Shown: positions 40,039 through 49,520 of the stretch, piece by piece
Layout: each line of letters opens with the position of its first letter
Numbering within the stretch: position 1 is the first letter of the stretch
NCBI GenBank assembly: GCA_022508965.1
Contig: JAFLUD010000001.1
Coordinates: 584 to 64,583 of the forward strand
Source: Oscillospiraceae bacterium
GTDB lineage: Bacteria; Bacillota; Clostridia; Oscillospirales; Ruminococcaceae
DNA: 64,000 nucleotides
Direction: 5' to 3'
Notes under the pieces: model-generated
Told to the model about the DNA's origin: nothing
Databases searched by the model: none
Seen by the model: only the letters and a program-made list of their open reading frames with translations
Made by a program: the position numbers and the translations under genes

Positions 40039-40521
40039 ATGCTGGGAAGATTGGTCGAGGCGGGTAATTTTTTGACAATGCTGTTTTATCTTGCGCTTGC
40101 GGGCGTGGTTACGGTGATCATGTCAAAAACCATACGCAATCTGGTTACTCAAATGAATAAACTTCAGAATGAAAAGCGACTTCGGGATTCTATGAGCTAT
40201 GATGTTTTCAGCGTGGAGGGCGAAGTCATTAACTTCACCACAACGAAGGTCGGTCCGATGGACACGCAGTATGACGCACAGGTAATGTACATTGTGGGCA
40301 ACACGCGATACTATAAGGACGTTGTTTTCCACAACCGCGGCAGCTTAAGAGTCGGGGCAAGAGTGACTTTGCTGTGCGACAGTGAAGATCCTTCAAACGC
40401 GGTGCTGCAAGGCGAAGAACAGGAAGACACGCTCAAAGGTCTTATTTTTGCGCTGGTGGTCGAGATCGGCATTTCGCTTTATCTCATCTTTGGGCTGTTC
40501 TTTGAGATCAGGAATATCTAG
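40039..40521 (+). CDS. Hypothetical membrane protein (DUF3592-like, two TM)
   Basis: TM, beta-rich VEGEV..LRVGARVTLLCDSEDPSNA, TM. Confidence 0.7.
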   Translation: MLGRLVEAGNFLTMLFYLALAGVVTVIMSKTIRNLVTQMNKLQNEKRLRDSMSYDVFSVEGEVINFTTTKVGPMDTQYDAQVMYIVGNTRYYKDVVFHNRGSLRVGARVTLLCDSEDPSNAVLQGEEQEDTLKGLIFALVVEIGISLYLIFGLFFEIRNI

Positions 40522-40546
40522 TATTTTTTAATCGGAGGAATTTTTT

Positions 40547-41935
40547 ATGGCGATGATGTGGGCGGGAAGATTCTCTAAAGAGGTTGACAGCAAGGTGAAC
40601 GCTTTCAACTCCTCGATCGCATTCGACGCGAGAATGTACAGGCAGGATATCGCGGGAAGCATCGCTCACGCGACCATGCTCGGCGAACAGGGCATCATTT
40701 CCATGAGCGACAGCCTGGAGCTTGTGGGCGGATTGAAGGAAATTCTCGCGGACATCGAAAACGGCACGCTTCAATTCGACCCGAACGCCGAGGACATTCA
40801 TATGTTCATCGAGGCGGAGCTTACCAAGCGCCTCGGCGACGTGGGAAAGCGGCTTCACACCTCGCGCTCGCGAAACGATCAGGTGGCGCTTGATATACGT
40901 TTGTATCTGCGCGACGAGATTGGCGAGATAAAGTCCCTTATAAAACAGCTGATAGAGACGCTCTGCAAGCTCGCCGAAGAACATTCCGAGACGATAATGC
41001 CGGGCTACACTCACCTTCAGCGCGCTCAGCCTATTACCTTCGGGCATCATCTGATGGCGTACGCGGCTATGCTGCTGCGCGATCTGGACAGGCTGAACGA
41101 CACCGCAAGGCGTATGAACGTAAACCCGCTGGGGAGCTGCGCTCTCGCGGGGACTACCTACAACATCGACCGCTTTCGCACCGCTTCCCTGCTTGAAATG
41201 GACGGGGCTATGGCGAATTCGCTGGACGGGGTCTCCGACCGCGATTTCTGCATAGAGCTTGCGAGTGCGCTGGCTCTCTGCATGACGCATCTGTCGCGGT
41301 TCTCGGAAGAAATAATCATGTGGTGTTCGTGGGAGTTTAAGTTCATCGAGCTTGACGACGCGTTCTCGACGGGTTCCTCAATCATGCCGCAGAAGAAAAA
41401 CCCCGATATCACAGAGCTTATCAGAGGCAAGACCGCGCGGGTCATCGGCGACAACGTTACTCTTCTCACCATGATGAAGGGGCTTCCGCTCGCGTACAAC
41501 AAGGATATGCAGGAGGACAAGGAGGCTATCTTCGACGCGGTGGACAATATCAAGCTGTGTCTGTCTACCTTTATTCCCATGCTGGACACTATGAAGGTTC
41601 TTAAAGAGAATATGCGCGCGGCTGCCGCTCGCGGCTTCATCAATGCAACCGACTGCGCGGATTATCTTGTTAAAAAAGGAATGCCGTTTCGCACGGCGTA
41701 TAAGATCACGGGCGGGCTTGTGGCGTACTGCATTGCAAACAACACAACGCTTGAGGAGCTGCCGCTTGAGTGTTATCAAGAACAGAGCGAGCTGTTCTCC
41801 GAGGACGTTTACGAGGCTATCAGTCTTGATACCTGCGTTAAGGAGCGAAAGTCCTACGGAGGTCCCTCGCCCGAGAGCGTTCTTTCGCAGATCAATTTGA
41901 CTAAGAAGAAGTTGGAGGAGCTTTTCAATGTATAA
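40547..41935 (+). CDS. argH: Argininosuccinate lyase
   Basis: WAGRF, RSRNDQ, PGYTHLQRAQP, GSSIMPQKKNPD. Confidence 0.97.
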   Translation: MAMMWAGRFSKEVDSKVNAFNSSIAFDARMYRQDIAGSIAHATMLGEQGIISMSDSLELVGGLKEILADIENGTLQFDPNAEDIHMFIEAELTKRLGDVGKRLHTSRSRNDQVALDIRLYLRDEIGEIKSLIKQLIETLCKLAEEHSETIMPGYTHLQRAQPITFGHHLMAYAAMLLRDLDRLNDTARRMNVNPLGSCALAGTTYNIDRFRTASLLEMDGAMANSLDGVSDRDFCIELASALALCMTHLSRFSEEIIMWCSWEFKFIELDDAFSTGSSIMPQKKNPDITELIRGKTARVIGDNVTLLTMMKGLPLAYNKDMQEDKEAIFDAVDNIKLCLSTFIPMLDTMKVLKENMRAAAARGFINATDCADYLVKKGMPFRTAYKITGGLVAYCIANNTTLEELPLECYQEQSELFSEDVYEAISLDTCVKERKSYGGPSPESVLSQINLTKKKLEELFNV

Positions 41936-42860
41936 GGTGTATATTGACGGTCAGGAAGGAACGACCGGGCTTAAGATACTTGAACGCTTCAAAAACAGAA
42001 GCGACATCGAGCTTCTCCGCATTGACGATGACAAGCGCAAGGACAATGACGAGCGCCGCCGACTGATAAATTCCTCGGATTTTACGTTTTTGTGCTTACC
42101 GGACGCGGCGGCTGTTGAGGCTGTGGCTATGGCGAAGGAGCGCGTGCGTATCATCGACGCTTCCACGGCGCACAGAACTGATCCCGATTGGGCTTACGGG
42201 TTCCCGGAGCTTGGAAAGGAATTCCGCCAAAGAATCGCGAATTCCAACCGCGTTGCCGTTCCGGGGTGCTATGCGAGCGGCTTTGCTTCGATGGTCTACC
42301 CTCTTGTGAAGCTCGGGATAATGCCGGGGGACTACCCTGTTTCCGTTCACGCGGTCTCGGGTTACAGCGGCGCGGGCAAGAAGGCTATCGCGGTTTATGA
42401 GGGCGGCGAAAGACCCGCGGACTATGATTCTCCGAGGCAATACGCTCTCACTCAGCAGCACAAGCATCTCCCCGAGATGCAGAAGATATGCGGTCTCGAA
42501 TACGCGCCCACGTTCAATCCGCTTATATGCGATTTCTTTAGCGGTATGGTGGTGTCGCTGCCTATTCACACGAGACTTCTTTCAAAAAAATACAACGCCG
42601 CTAATATCCGAGAGGCTTTGGCGGAATACTACGCGGATTCGCACTTCGTAAGAGTAATGCCCGAGGGCGAGCCGCAGGACGGATTTATCGGAGCGAATAA
42701 CCTTTCCGGCACCAATATGATGGAGCTTTTCGTCAACGGCAACGACGAGCGGCTTATTCTCTGCTCGCGGCTGGATAATCTCGGCAAGGGCGCTTCCGGC
42801 GCGGCGGTTCAATGCTTGAATATAATGATGAACATAGATGAATCAACAGGTTTGGAGTGA
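41928..42860 (+). CDS. argC: N-acetyl-gamma-glutamyl-phosphate reductase (type 2)
   Basis: IDGQEGTTGL, DASTAHR, PGCY, SGYSGAG, DNLGKGASG. Confidence 0.95.
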   Translation: MYKVYIDGQEGTTGLKILERFKNRSDIELLRIDDDKRKDNDERRRLINSSDFTFLCLPDAAAVEAVAMAKERVRIIDASTAHRTDPDWAYGFPELGKEFRQRIANSNRVAVPGCYASGFASMVYPLVKLGIMPGDYPVSVHAVSGYSGAGKKAIAVYEGGERPADYDSPRQYALTQQHKHLPEMQKICGLEYAPTFNPLICDFFSGMVVSLPIHTRLLSKKYNAANIREALAEYYADSHFVRVMPEGEPQDGFIGANNLSGTNMMELFVNGNDERLILCSRLDNLGKGASGAAVQCLNIMMNIDESTGLE

Positions 42861-42865
42861 TTTTT

Positions 42866-44101
42866 ATGGTTAGATTTAAAGGGTTTGATTTTGTTGAGGG
42901 CGGAGTTTGCGCGGCTAAAGGGTTCACCGCGGGCGGCGTTATCGCGGGTATCAAGCCGGGCAACACCACCAAGCGCGACCTCGCGCTGATATTCTCCACC
43001 GAACGCTGCAGGACGGCGGCTCTTTATACCACAAATAAAGTCAAGGGCGCGCCTATTCTCATATCAAAAGAACATCTCAAAGACGGCTACGCGCGAGGGA
43101 TCATCGTAAACAGCGGAAACGCCAATACCTGCAATCCCGACGGCATTGATATCGCGCGGCAGATGTGCGAGCTTGCCGCAAGGGAGCTCGAAGTGGATTC
43201 CACCGATATTATCGTGGGGTCTACGGGCGTTATCGGGCAGAGGCTCTCGATAAAACCTGTAAAGAACGCTATTTCCCCGCTGGTGAAGTCGCTTTCGGAA
43301 AACGGAAGCTCCTACGCGTGCGAGGCTATCATGACTACCGATACCCGCAAAAAAGAGGTCGCAGTGGAGTTCGACTTGGACGGCGTTAAGTGCCGCGTCG
43401 GCGGTATCTCCAAGGGCAGCGGCATGATAAATCCCAATATGGCGACTATGCTCGCGTTTATCACTACCGACGTTGCTATCAACGCTGAGCTGCTCGAAAA
43501 GGCTTTGCGCAAGGTGAATTCCCTTACCTACAATATGGTGAGCGTTGACGGCGATACTTCGACAAACGACACGCTGTTCTTAATGTCCTCGGGGCTTGCA
43601 AAAAACAAAGAGATCATCTGCGAGGACAAGAACTATGAGATCTTCGAGAACGCGCTGTACGCGGTAATGATGAACTTAGCGCGTGAGACTGCGCGCGACG
43701 GCGAGGGCGCTACGAAGCTGATCGAGTGTGTTGTAAGCAACGCTCCCGACGAAAAAACAGCTAAGTCTGTTGCGAAATCGGTTGTTTCGTCCAGTTTGGT
43801 AAAGGCGGCTTTGTTCGCGGCGGACGCAAACTGGGGACGTATTCTCTGCGCTATCGGGTATTCCGACGCGGAATTCGACATCGACGAGGTCTCTGTGGAG
43901 CTTGCCAGCATCAACGGGAAGATCAAGGTCTGCGAAAACGGCGCGGGGGTGGAGTTCTCCGAAAAAACAGCCAAGGAAATTCTTTTAGAAGATGAGATAA
44001 AGATTCTTGTCGATCTTAACGCAGGAGAGAGCGGCGCTATCGCGTGGGGCTGCGACCTTACATTCGAGTATGTGAAGATCAATGCGGAATACAGGACGTA
44101 A
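42866..44101 (+). CDS. argJ: Ornithine acetyltransferase ArgJ
   Basis: NSGNAN, IMTTD, KGSGMINPNMATML, DGEGATK, DANWGR, GCDLT. Confidence 0.96.
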   Translation: MVRFKGFDFVEGGVCAAKGFTAGGVIAGIKPGNTTKRDLALIFSTERCRTAALYTTNKVKGAPILISKEHLKDGYARGIIVNSGNANTCNPDGIDIARQMCELAARELEVDSTDIIVGSTGVIGQRLSIKPVKNAISPLVKSLSENGSSYACEAIMTTDTRKKEVAVEFDLDGVKCRVGGISKGSGMINPNMATMLAFITTDVAINAELLEKALRKVNSLTYNMVSVDGDTSTNDTLFLMSSGLAKNKEIICEDKNYEIFENALYAVMMNLARETARDGEGATKLIECVVSNAPDEKTAKSVAKSVVSSSLVKAALFAADANWGRILCAIGYSDAEFDIDEVSVELASINGKIKVCENGAGVEFSEKTAKEILLEDEIKILVDLNAGESGAIAWGCDLTFEYVKINAEYRT

Positions 44102-44115
44102 AGAGGTACAAAGAA

Positions 44116-44970
44116 ATGTTTATTGATTACGACATACGGGCAAACGTGATGATAGAGGCTCTGCCCTATCTTCAGAAATACAACAACAAGGTCGTCGTTG
44201 TGAAATACGGCGGAAACGCTATGACAAACGACACGCTTAAGCAGGCGGTCATGGAGGACATTGTTATGCTGTCCACCATGGGGATCAAGGTGGTTCTCGT
44301 TCACGGGGGCGGTCCCGAGATAAACGCTATGCTCGATAAGACCGGCAAGGAAAGCAGGTTTGTAAACGGGCTGCGCTATACCGACGAGGAGACCGTTGAC
44401 ATCGTTCAGATGGTTCTGGCAGGAAAGGTCAACAAGGATCTCGTTTCCATGCTGGAGAGCCACGGCGGCGCTGCTATCGGGCTTTGCGGCATCGACGGGA
44501 ACATGATCGAGGCGGAGACTCTCGACCCGGAGCTTGGCTACGTCGGTGAGATCACCAAGGTTAATCCTCTGGTTATCCAAAACGCTCTTGACAACGGGTA
44601 TATTCCCGTTATTTCCACTATCGGGCGCGGCAAGGACGGCACTGTCTACAACATCAACGCCGACACCGCGGCGGCGCGTATTGCCGCGGAAATGAATGCG
44701 CCGTCGCTTATCCTGCTGACCGATATCAAGGGTCTTCTCGAGGATAAGGACGACGAGGATACTATCATACGCTCTATCGGAGTAAGCGAGGTTCCGTTCC
44801 TCAAAAAACAGGGCATCATAACGGGCGGTATGATCCCTAAGATCGACTGCTGTGTGGAGGCGGTTCGGCGCGGCGTTAAGCAGGCTAACATCATCGACGG
44901 ACGTATTCCCCATTCCATTCTGATAGAGCTGCTGACGGACATAGGCGCGGGAACTATGATTGTTGCGTGA
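44116..44970 (+). CDS. argB: Acetylglutamate kinase
   Basis: VKYGGNA, VHGGGPEI, GLRYTD, NINAD, GGMIPK. Confidence 0.96.
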   Translation: MFIDYDIRANVMIEALPYLQKYNNKVVVVKYGGNAMTNDTLKQAVMEDIVMLSTMGIKVVLVHGGGPEINAMLDKTGKESRFVNGLRYTDEETVDIVQMVLAGKVNKDLVSMLESHGGAAIGLCGIDGNMIEAETLDPELGYVGEITKVNPLVIQNALDNGYIPVISTIGRGKDGTVYNINADTAAARIAAEMNAPSLILLTDIKGLLEDKDDEDTIIRSIGVSEVPFLKKQGIITGGMIPKIDCCVEAVRRGVKQANIIDGRIPHSILIELLTDIGAGTMIVA

Positions 44971-44979
44971 GGTGATTTT

Positions 44980-46143
44980 GTGGGAACTATTGAACAATTC
45001 AACAAATATGTTATGCATTCTTACGGCAGATACGATCTGGTTCTCGACAAGGGAAAAGACGTGACTGCCGACGACGAAAACGGCAAGGAATACATCGACT
45101 TCGGCTCGGGGATCGGTACCAATTCCCTGGGATTCTGCAACGACGAATGGGTGGAGGCTATTTGTTCTCAGGCAAAGAGCATTCAGCATACCTCCAACTA
45201 CTATTACACGAAGGTTCAGGCGGATTTCGCAAAAACGCTCTGCGAGACGGCGGGATATTCCAACGTATTTTTCGGGAACTCGGGCGCGGAAGCCAACGAG
45301 TGCGCTATCAAGATCGCCCGCAAGTACAGCTTCGACAAGTACGGCAATGGAAGGCACAACATAATCACTCTCGTAAACTCGTTCCACGGGCGGACGCTGT
45401 GTACGCTGTCCGCTACCGGGCAGGAGGTTTTTCACAACTACTTCTTCCCTTTCGTGGATGGATTTATCTACGTTGAGGCTAACAACATCGCCGATCTGCG
45501 CGAGAAGCTGGACGACACCGTTTGCGCGGTGATGTTTGAGTACGTTCAGGGCGAGGGCGGTGTTATGGCTCTCGAACAGGATTTTGTGGACGAGATATTT
45601 AAGCTCTGCGCTGAAAAGGACGTTATCACTATTGCCGACGAGGTTCAGACGGGCGTCGGAAGAACGGGGAAATTCCTCGCGGGCGAGCATTTCGGCAAGA
45701 AAGCCGATCTTATAACGCTGGCTAAGGGCTTGGCGGGCGGAGTTCCTATCGGGGCTTGTCTGGCGGGAGAGAAATGCGCGCAAGTCCTCACTCCCGGAAC
45801 GCACGGCTCTACGTTCGGAGGAAATCCGATCTCCTGCGCGGGAGGGCTGGCGGTTCTCAATAAGCTGAATTCCCCGGGATTTCTCGGCGAGGTTGCCGCT
45901 AAGGGCGACTACATCCGCAAGAAGCTGGCGGATATTCCCGAGGTAAAGTCGGTTTCGGGGATCGGTCTTATGATCGGCATTGAGCTTAAGACAAAAAACG
46001 CTCCCGATATTCTTAAAGCGGCTTTGGAAAAGGGATTGCTGCTGCTTACGGCGAAAACTAAGGTTCGGCTGCTCCCTCCGCTTACCATCAGCTACGAAGA
46101 CATCGACAAGGGGCTTGCCATTCTTGAGGAACTGTTGAAGTAA
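44980..46143 (+). CDS. argD: Acetylornithine aminotransferase
   Basis: NSGAEANE, FHGRT, QGEGG, DEVQTG, AKGLAGG, HGSTFGGNP. Confidence 0.95.
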   Translation: MGTIEQFNKYVMHSYGRYDLVLDKGKDVTADDENGKEYIDFGSGIGTNSLGFCNDEWVEAICSQAKSIQHTSNYYYTKVQADFAKTLCETAGYSNVFFGNSGAEANECAIKIARKYSFDKYGNGRHNIITLVNSFHGRTLCTLSATGQEVFHNYFFPFVDGFIYVEANNIADLREKLDDTVCAVMFEYVQGEGGVMALEQDFVDEIFKLCAEKDVITIADEVQTGVGRTGKFLAGEHFGKKADLITLAKGLAGGVPIGACLAGEKCAQVLTPGTHGSTFGGNPISCAGGLAVLNKLNSPGFLGEVAAKGDYIRKKLADIPEVKSVSGIGLMIGIELKTKNAPDILKAALEKGLLLLTAKTKVRLLPPLTISYEDIDKGLAILEELLK

Positions 46144-46155
46144 GGAGGATAAATT

Positions 46156-46569
46156 ATGAAAGCAATGAAAAAAATCACTCTGGCGATATCCGTTTTAAGC
46201 GTTCTGATCGCTGTGCTTGCCGTTGTTCTGAACTTCCGGGTAATCTTCGGACATTCCTATTTCATCGGATTTGCGATGTTCTCAATGATCCGCAGCGGTT
46301 CATTTATGGGCTATATCGGAAATCTGCTGGGTATGCTGGTTACGGCGCTCGCTTTTGCGGCTATGGGGCTTTATGGGCTTTCGCTTACCGCTGCCCGCAA
46401 GGAAAGCGCAAGGCGCCCGGCGCTCATCTCCGGCGCGATTGTCGGTCTTCTCGCGCTGGTTTCCCTTATTTTCAGCATCGCTAATCACAGATTCAACTTC
46501 GGCGATATTATGGTCCTCCTGTTCCCTGTCGCGTATTTGTTCTGCGTTATCCAGACGGTTGAGGACTGA
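46156..46569 (+). CDS. Hypothetical four-TM membrane protein
   Basis: AAGGAGG RBS; four hydrophobic segments. Confidence 0.75.
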   Translation: MKAMKKITLAISVLSVLIAVLAVVLNFRVIFGHSYFIGFAMFSMIRSGSFMGYIGNLLGMLVTALAFAAMGLYGLSLTAARKESARRPALISGAIVGLLALVSLIFSIANHRFNFGDIMVLLFPVAYLFCVIQTVED

Positions 46570-46608
46570 GCGTATTCTTTAAAAACAATATATGAAAGGA
46601 ACATTATT

Positions 46609-47514
46609 ATGAAGCATTTACTGAAATTACTGGACCTGTCGACGGAGGAGATAATTGATATTCTTAATCTCGCCGATCAGCTTAAATACGAACAGAAACA
46701 TGGTATTCCCCATAACAAGCTAAAGGGAATGACGCTGGGTATGATCTTCCAGAAGTCCTCCACAAGAACGCGCGTTTCGTTTGAGACGGGTATGTATCAG
46801 CTGGGCGGTCAGGCGCTGTTTTTGTCCTCGAAGGACCTGCAGATCGGACGCGGCGAGCCTGTTCAGGATACCGCGCGCGTGCTTTCGCGCTATCTCAACG
46901 GCATTATGATAAGAACCTTTGAGCAGTCGGAGGTGGAGGATCTCGCGGAATTCGGCAATATCCCCGTTATCAACGGGCTTACCGACTTCTGCCACCCGTG
47001 TCAGGTTCTCGCCGACCTGCAGACTATCCGCGAATACAAAAACAAGTTCGACGGGCTGAATTTCTGCTATATCGGCGACGGCAACAATATGGCGAATTCC
47101 CTCACCGTCGGCTGTCTGAAAGTCGGTATGAATGTTTCGCTCGCCTGCCCGGAGGGTTATCACCCCGATCCCAAGGTGTTGGAATTCGCTAAGGATTACA
47201 AGAACTTCAAGCTGGTTTCCGATCCTATGGAGGCGGCTGCGGACGCGGACGTTCTCTACACCGACGTGTGGGCTTCTATGGGTCAGGAGGGCGAAGCCGA
47301 AAAGCGCAAGGTGGCATTCAAAGGCTATCAGATAAACGATGATATCATGCGCGTGGCTAAGTCCGACGCAATCGTTCAGCACTGTCTGCCCGCTCACCGC
47401 GAGGAGGAGATCACCGCTAAGGTCTTCGAGCAGCACGCTGTCGAGATCTTCGACGAGGCGGAAAACCGTCTGCACGCGCAGAAGGCTGTTATGGTGCGGC
47501 TGATGGGGAAGTGA
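46609..47514 (+). CDS. argF: Ornithine carbamoyltransferase
   Basis: SSTRTRVSF, HPCQ, GDGNN, WASMG, HCLP, AENR. Confidence 0.97.
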   Translation: MKHLLKLLDLSTEEIIDILNLADQLKYEQKHGIPHNKLKGMTLGMIFQKSSTRTRVSFETGMYQLGGQALFLSSKDLQIGRGEPVQDTARVLSRYLNGIMIRTFEQSEVEDLAEFGNIPVINGLTDFCHPCQVLADLQTIREYKNKFDGLNFCYIGDGNNMANSLTVGCLKVGMNVSLACPEGYHPDPKVLEFAKDYKNFKLVSDPMEAAADADVLYTDVWASMGQEGEAEKRKVAFKGYQINDDIMRVAKSDAIVQHCLPAHREEEITAKVFEQHAVEIFDEAENRLHAQKAVMVRLMGK

Positions 47515-47525
47515 TTTGTTCTTAT

Positions 47526-47562
47526 AAAAAAATTGCGGCAGGATCGCTCCTGCCGCGTTTTT
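47526..47562. terminator. Bidirectional intrinsic terminator
   Basis: GCGGCAGGA-TCGC-TCCTGCCGC with A run before and T run after. Confidence 0.8.
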
Positions 47563-47564
47563 AT

Positions 47565-48776
47565 TTAATTAAAGAATTCCGGGTAGGCGTCGCGGAATGC
47601 GTAGATGCTCCAATCAATGCTGTAGCCAAATCCCGAATCAGAGGTGTATCCGATTATGTCGCCGGCTTTTACACTTCTGTTGTTGTATGTGAAATCATCT
47701 ACAATACTCTCTACCTTATAAAGGGTCGTAATGCCGTTGTCATGCTCGATCGTTATATACGCGCTTCCCTCAAAGAAGGTGTAGGATAATTCTCCGTCGT
47801 CAACCGCATAAACAGGCTCGCCCTTCTTGGATGGGTATATTACCGCGCCACCGGGAATGTTTTCGGTATCGGGGAGCTTATTATCAAAGCGGAAGTTCTT
47901 GCTGATATTCCGCATAGGATAAACAAGCGGTCTCTTCAGCCATTCGCTGATCGTCTCATCCCTCTTTTCATAATAGGTCTCAGAGGGATTCCACATATCG
48001 GAATGAATACACTTATATACCGAACATGTGCGTGTATAATTAAACACACTGCCGCCGATATATCCGACTGTCTGCCCCGCTTTCACCTTATCACCGACGT
48101 TTACGGGAACGCCGATTTCCGTGTTGAGCAGGCAATACCAGGTATACAAGTCGTCGTTGTGCTTCAATATAACGGTAAATCCGTCCAGGCGGTCAATATA
48201 ATCCGCATATATTACCTCTCCGTCCATTACCGCGTAAAGCTCCTCACCAACCTCGCCGGGAATCACCTGTTCGGATCTTCCTGTTCCGTGTAGGTACGAA
48301 TGATAATAATAGGGAGGATTCTTTATCGGATACGCGTCGCCAAATTCGTCAAAACGAGATTCTACATTGAGTCTTTCAATCTCGTGGCGTTCTCCGTTTG
48401 ACGGTACCGAGAAGGTATTATGGGGCGTAGTATCCGTAGGCATGATGTAGCCGTTTTGTGAGGGGGTGTCTGTCTGAATAACGTAACCCTTTTGTTCGGC
48501 GTTGTCGGTAGATTCGATGTAGGAAGCCGCGGAATCTCCGCTTGCGGGAGCGAAATTATCTACGATCGGGGGCAGTGCGGCGAGCTTTTCCTTTACATAA
48601 AATGCTCCGCCGACCAACGCGGCGCACGCGGCTGTCGTCAGCGCTATCTTCCAGAGCTTCGGGCGCTCGCGGACCGGTCGCAATACCAGCGCTTTCTGAG
48701 GCTCGTCTTCCAGGATCTCCAGAATATACTTGTCGTCGGCGTTGTCAATTGCGTTGAATAGCTGTTGTGTGTTCAT
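47565..48776 (-). CDS. Putative anti-sigma factor with two degenerate M23-like domains
   Basis: N-terminal LFNAIDNADDKYI.E, TM TTAACAAL, two GE..YAV.DGE..H.....V.AG..IGY repeats; ATGA-coupled to an ECF sigma. Confidence 0.75.
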   Translation of the reverse strand: MNTQQLFNAIDNADDKYILEILEDEPQKALVLRPVRERPKLWKIALTTAACAALVGGAFYVKEKLAALPPIVDNFAPASGDSAASYIESTDNAEQKGYVIQTDTPSQNGYIMPTDTTPHNTFSVPSNGERHEIERLNVESRFDEFGDAYPIKNPPYYYHSYLHGTGRSEQVIPGEVGEELYAVMDGEVIYADYIDRLDGFTVILKHNDDLYTWYCLLNTEIGVPVNVGDKVKAGQTVGYIGGSVFNYTRTCSVYKCIHSDMWNPSETYYEKRDETISEWLKRPLVYPMRNISKNFRFDNKLPDTENIPGGAVIYPSKKGEPVYAVDDGELSYTFFEGSAYITIEHDNGITTLYKVESIVDDFTYNNRSVKAGDIIGYTSDSGFGYSIDWSIYAFRDAYPEFFN

Positions 48777-49417
48777 AATTCATAACCTCTTTTCTGTAAG
48801 TAGTCTTTGAGCTTTTTGCGGGTACGGTTTAAGGTCACCGAAACGGTGTTTGCCGTTATTCCGAGACGCGCGGCTATGTCGGATGTGCTGTAACAATACC
48901 AATATCTCAGCATGAATATCTTGCGATGGGTCGAACGCAGCTTGGATAAAAATCTGTTGATCTCGCGCTCCAGCTCGCCGTCGCTGAATGCCTGCTCTAC
49001 GCTGCTGCCGCCGGGAACGCATTCCTCGAGTTCCTCAAAAACAAGGCTTACCTCACCGCCGCCGCGCTTCTCCGCAAGCCGCATCTTCATCAGATTTATC
49101 GCGCTGTTTTTGGTAAGTCTTCCGAGATAGGTCGCAAGCGACTGCGGGCGGTTGGGCGGGATAGTGTTCCACGCTTTCAGATACACCTCGTTTACGATCT
49201 CCTCGGCGTCCTCGCGGTTTTTGAGAATATTCGCGGCGATCGTCAGGCAATACTTTGAATATTTCCCTTGAGAGGCTTGGATCGCTTTCTCGTTCCTTTG
49301 AAAGAACATTTCTACGATCTCGCTGTCTTCAAGCTCGATGTTCTCTGCGGAAACCAGCTGACGGGAATTCTTAAGTTTATGCTGATTTTTTAAGTACGCG
49401 CTTTCCTCTGCTATCAT
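48773..49417 (-). CDS. ECF RNA polymerase sigma factor
   Basis: EDAEEIVNEVYLKAW, YLGRLTKNSAIN, IFMLRYW..IAARLG..L.RTRKKLK. Confidence 0.92.
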   Translation of the reverse strand: MIAEESAYLKNQHKLKNSRQLVSAENIELEDSEIVEMFFQRNEKAIQASQGKYSKYCLTIAANILKNREDAEEIVNEVYLKAWNTIPPNRPQSLATYLGRLTKNSAINLMKMRLAEKRGGGEVSLVFEELEECVPGGSSVEQAFSDGELEREINRFLSKLRSTHRKIFMLRYWYCYSTSDIAARLGITANTVSVTLNRTRKKLKDYLQKRGYEL

Positions 49418-49481
49418 GACCTTAGCTCACCTCCTCTACCTACTACACAATTTTTTATGGGGAATCTTAACAGTTCCGATT

Positions 49482-49514
49482 AAAAATTTTCGCGGCAATT
49501 TGCTTTGCCGCGAA
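49482..49514 (-). terminator. Terminator of the two-component operon
   Basis: TTCGCGGCAA / TTGCCGCGAA followed on the minus strand by AATTTTT. Confidence 0.65.
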
Positions 49515-49520
49515 TTATAT

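Noticed and set aside
43633-45804. 723-aa minus-strand ORF
   Set aside because: Antisense shadow of argJ, argB and argD
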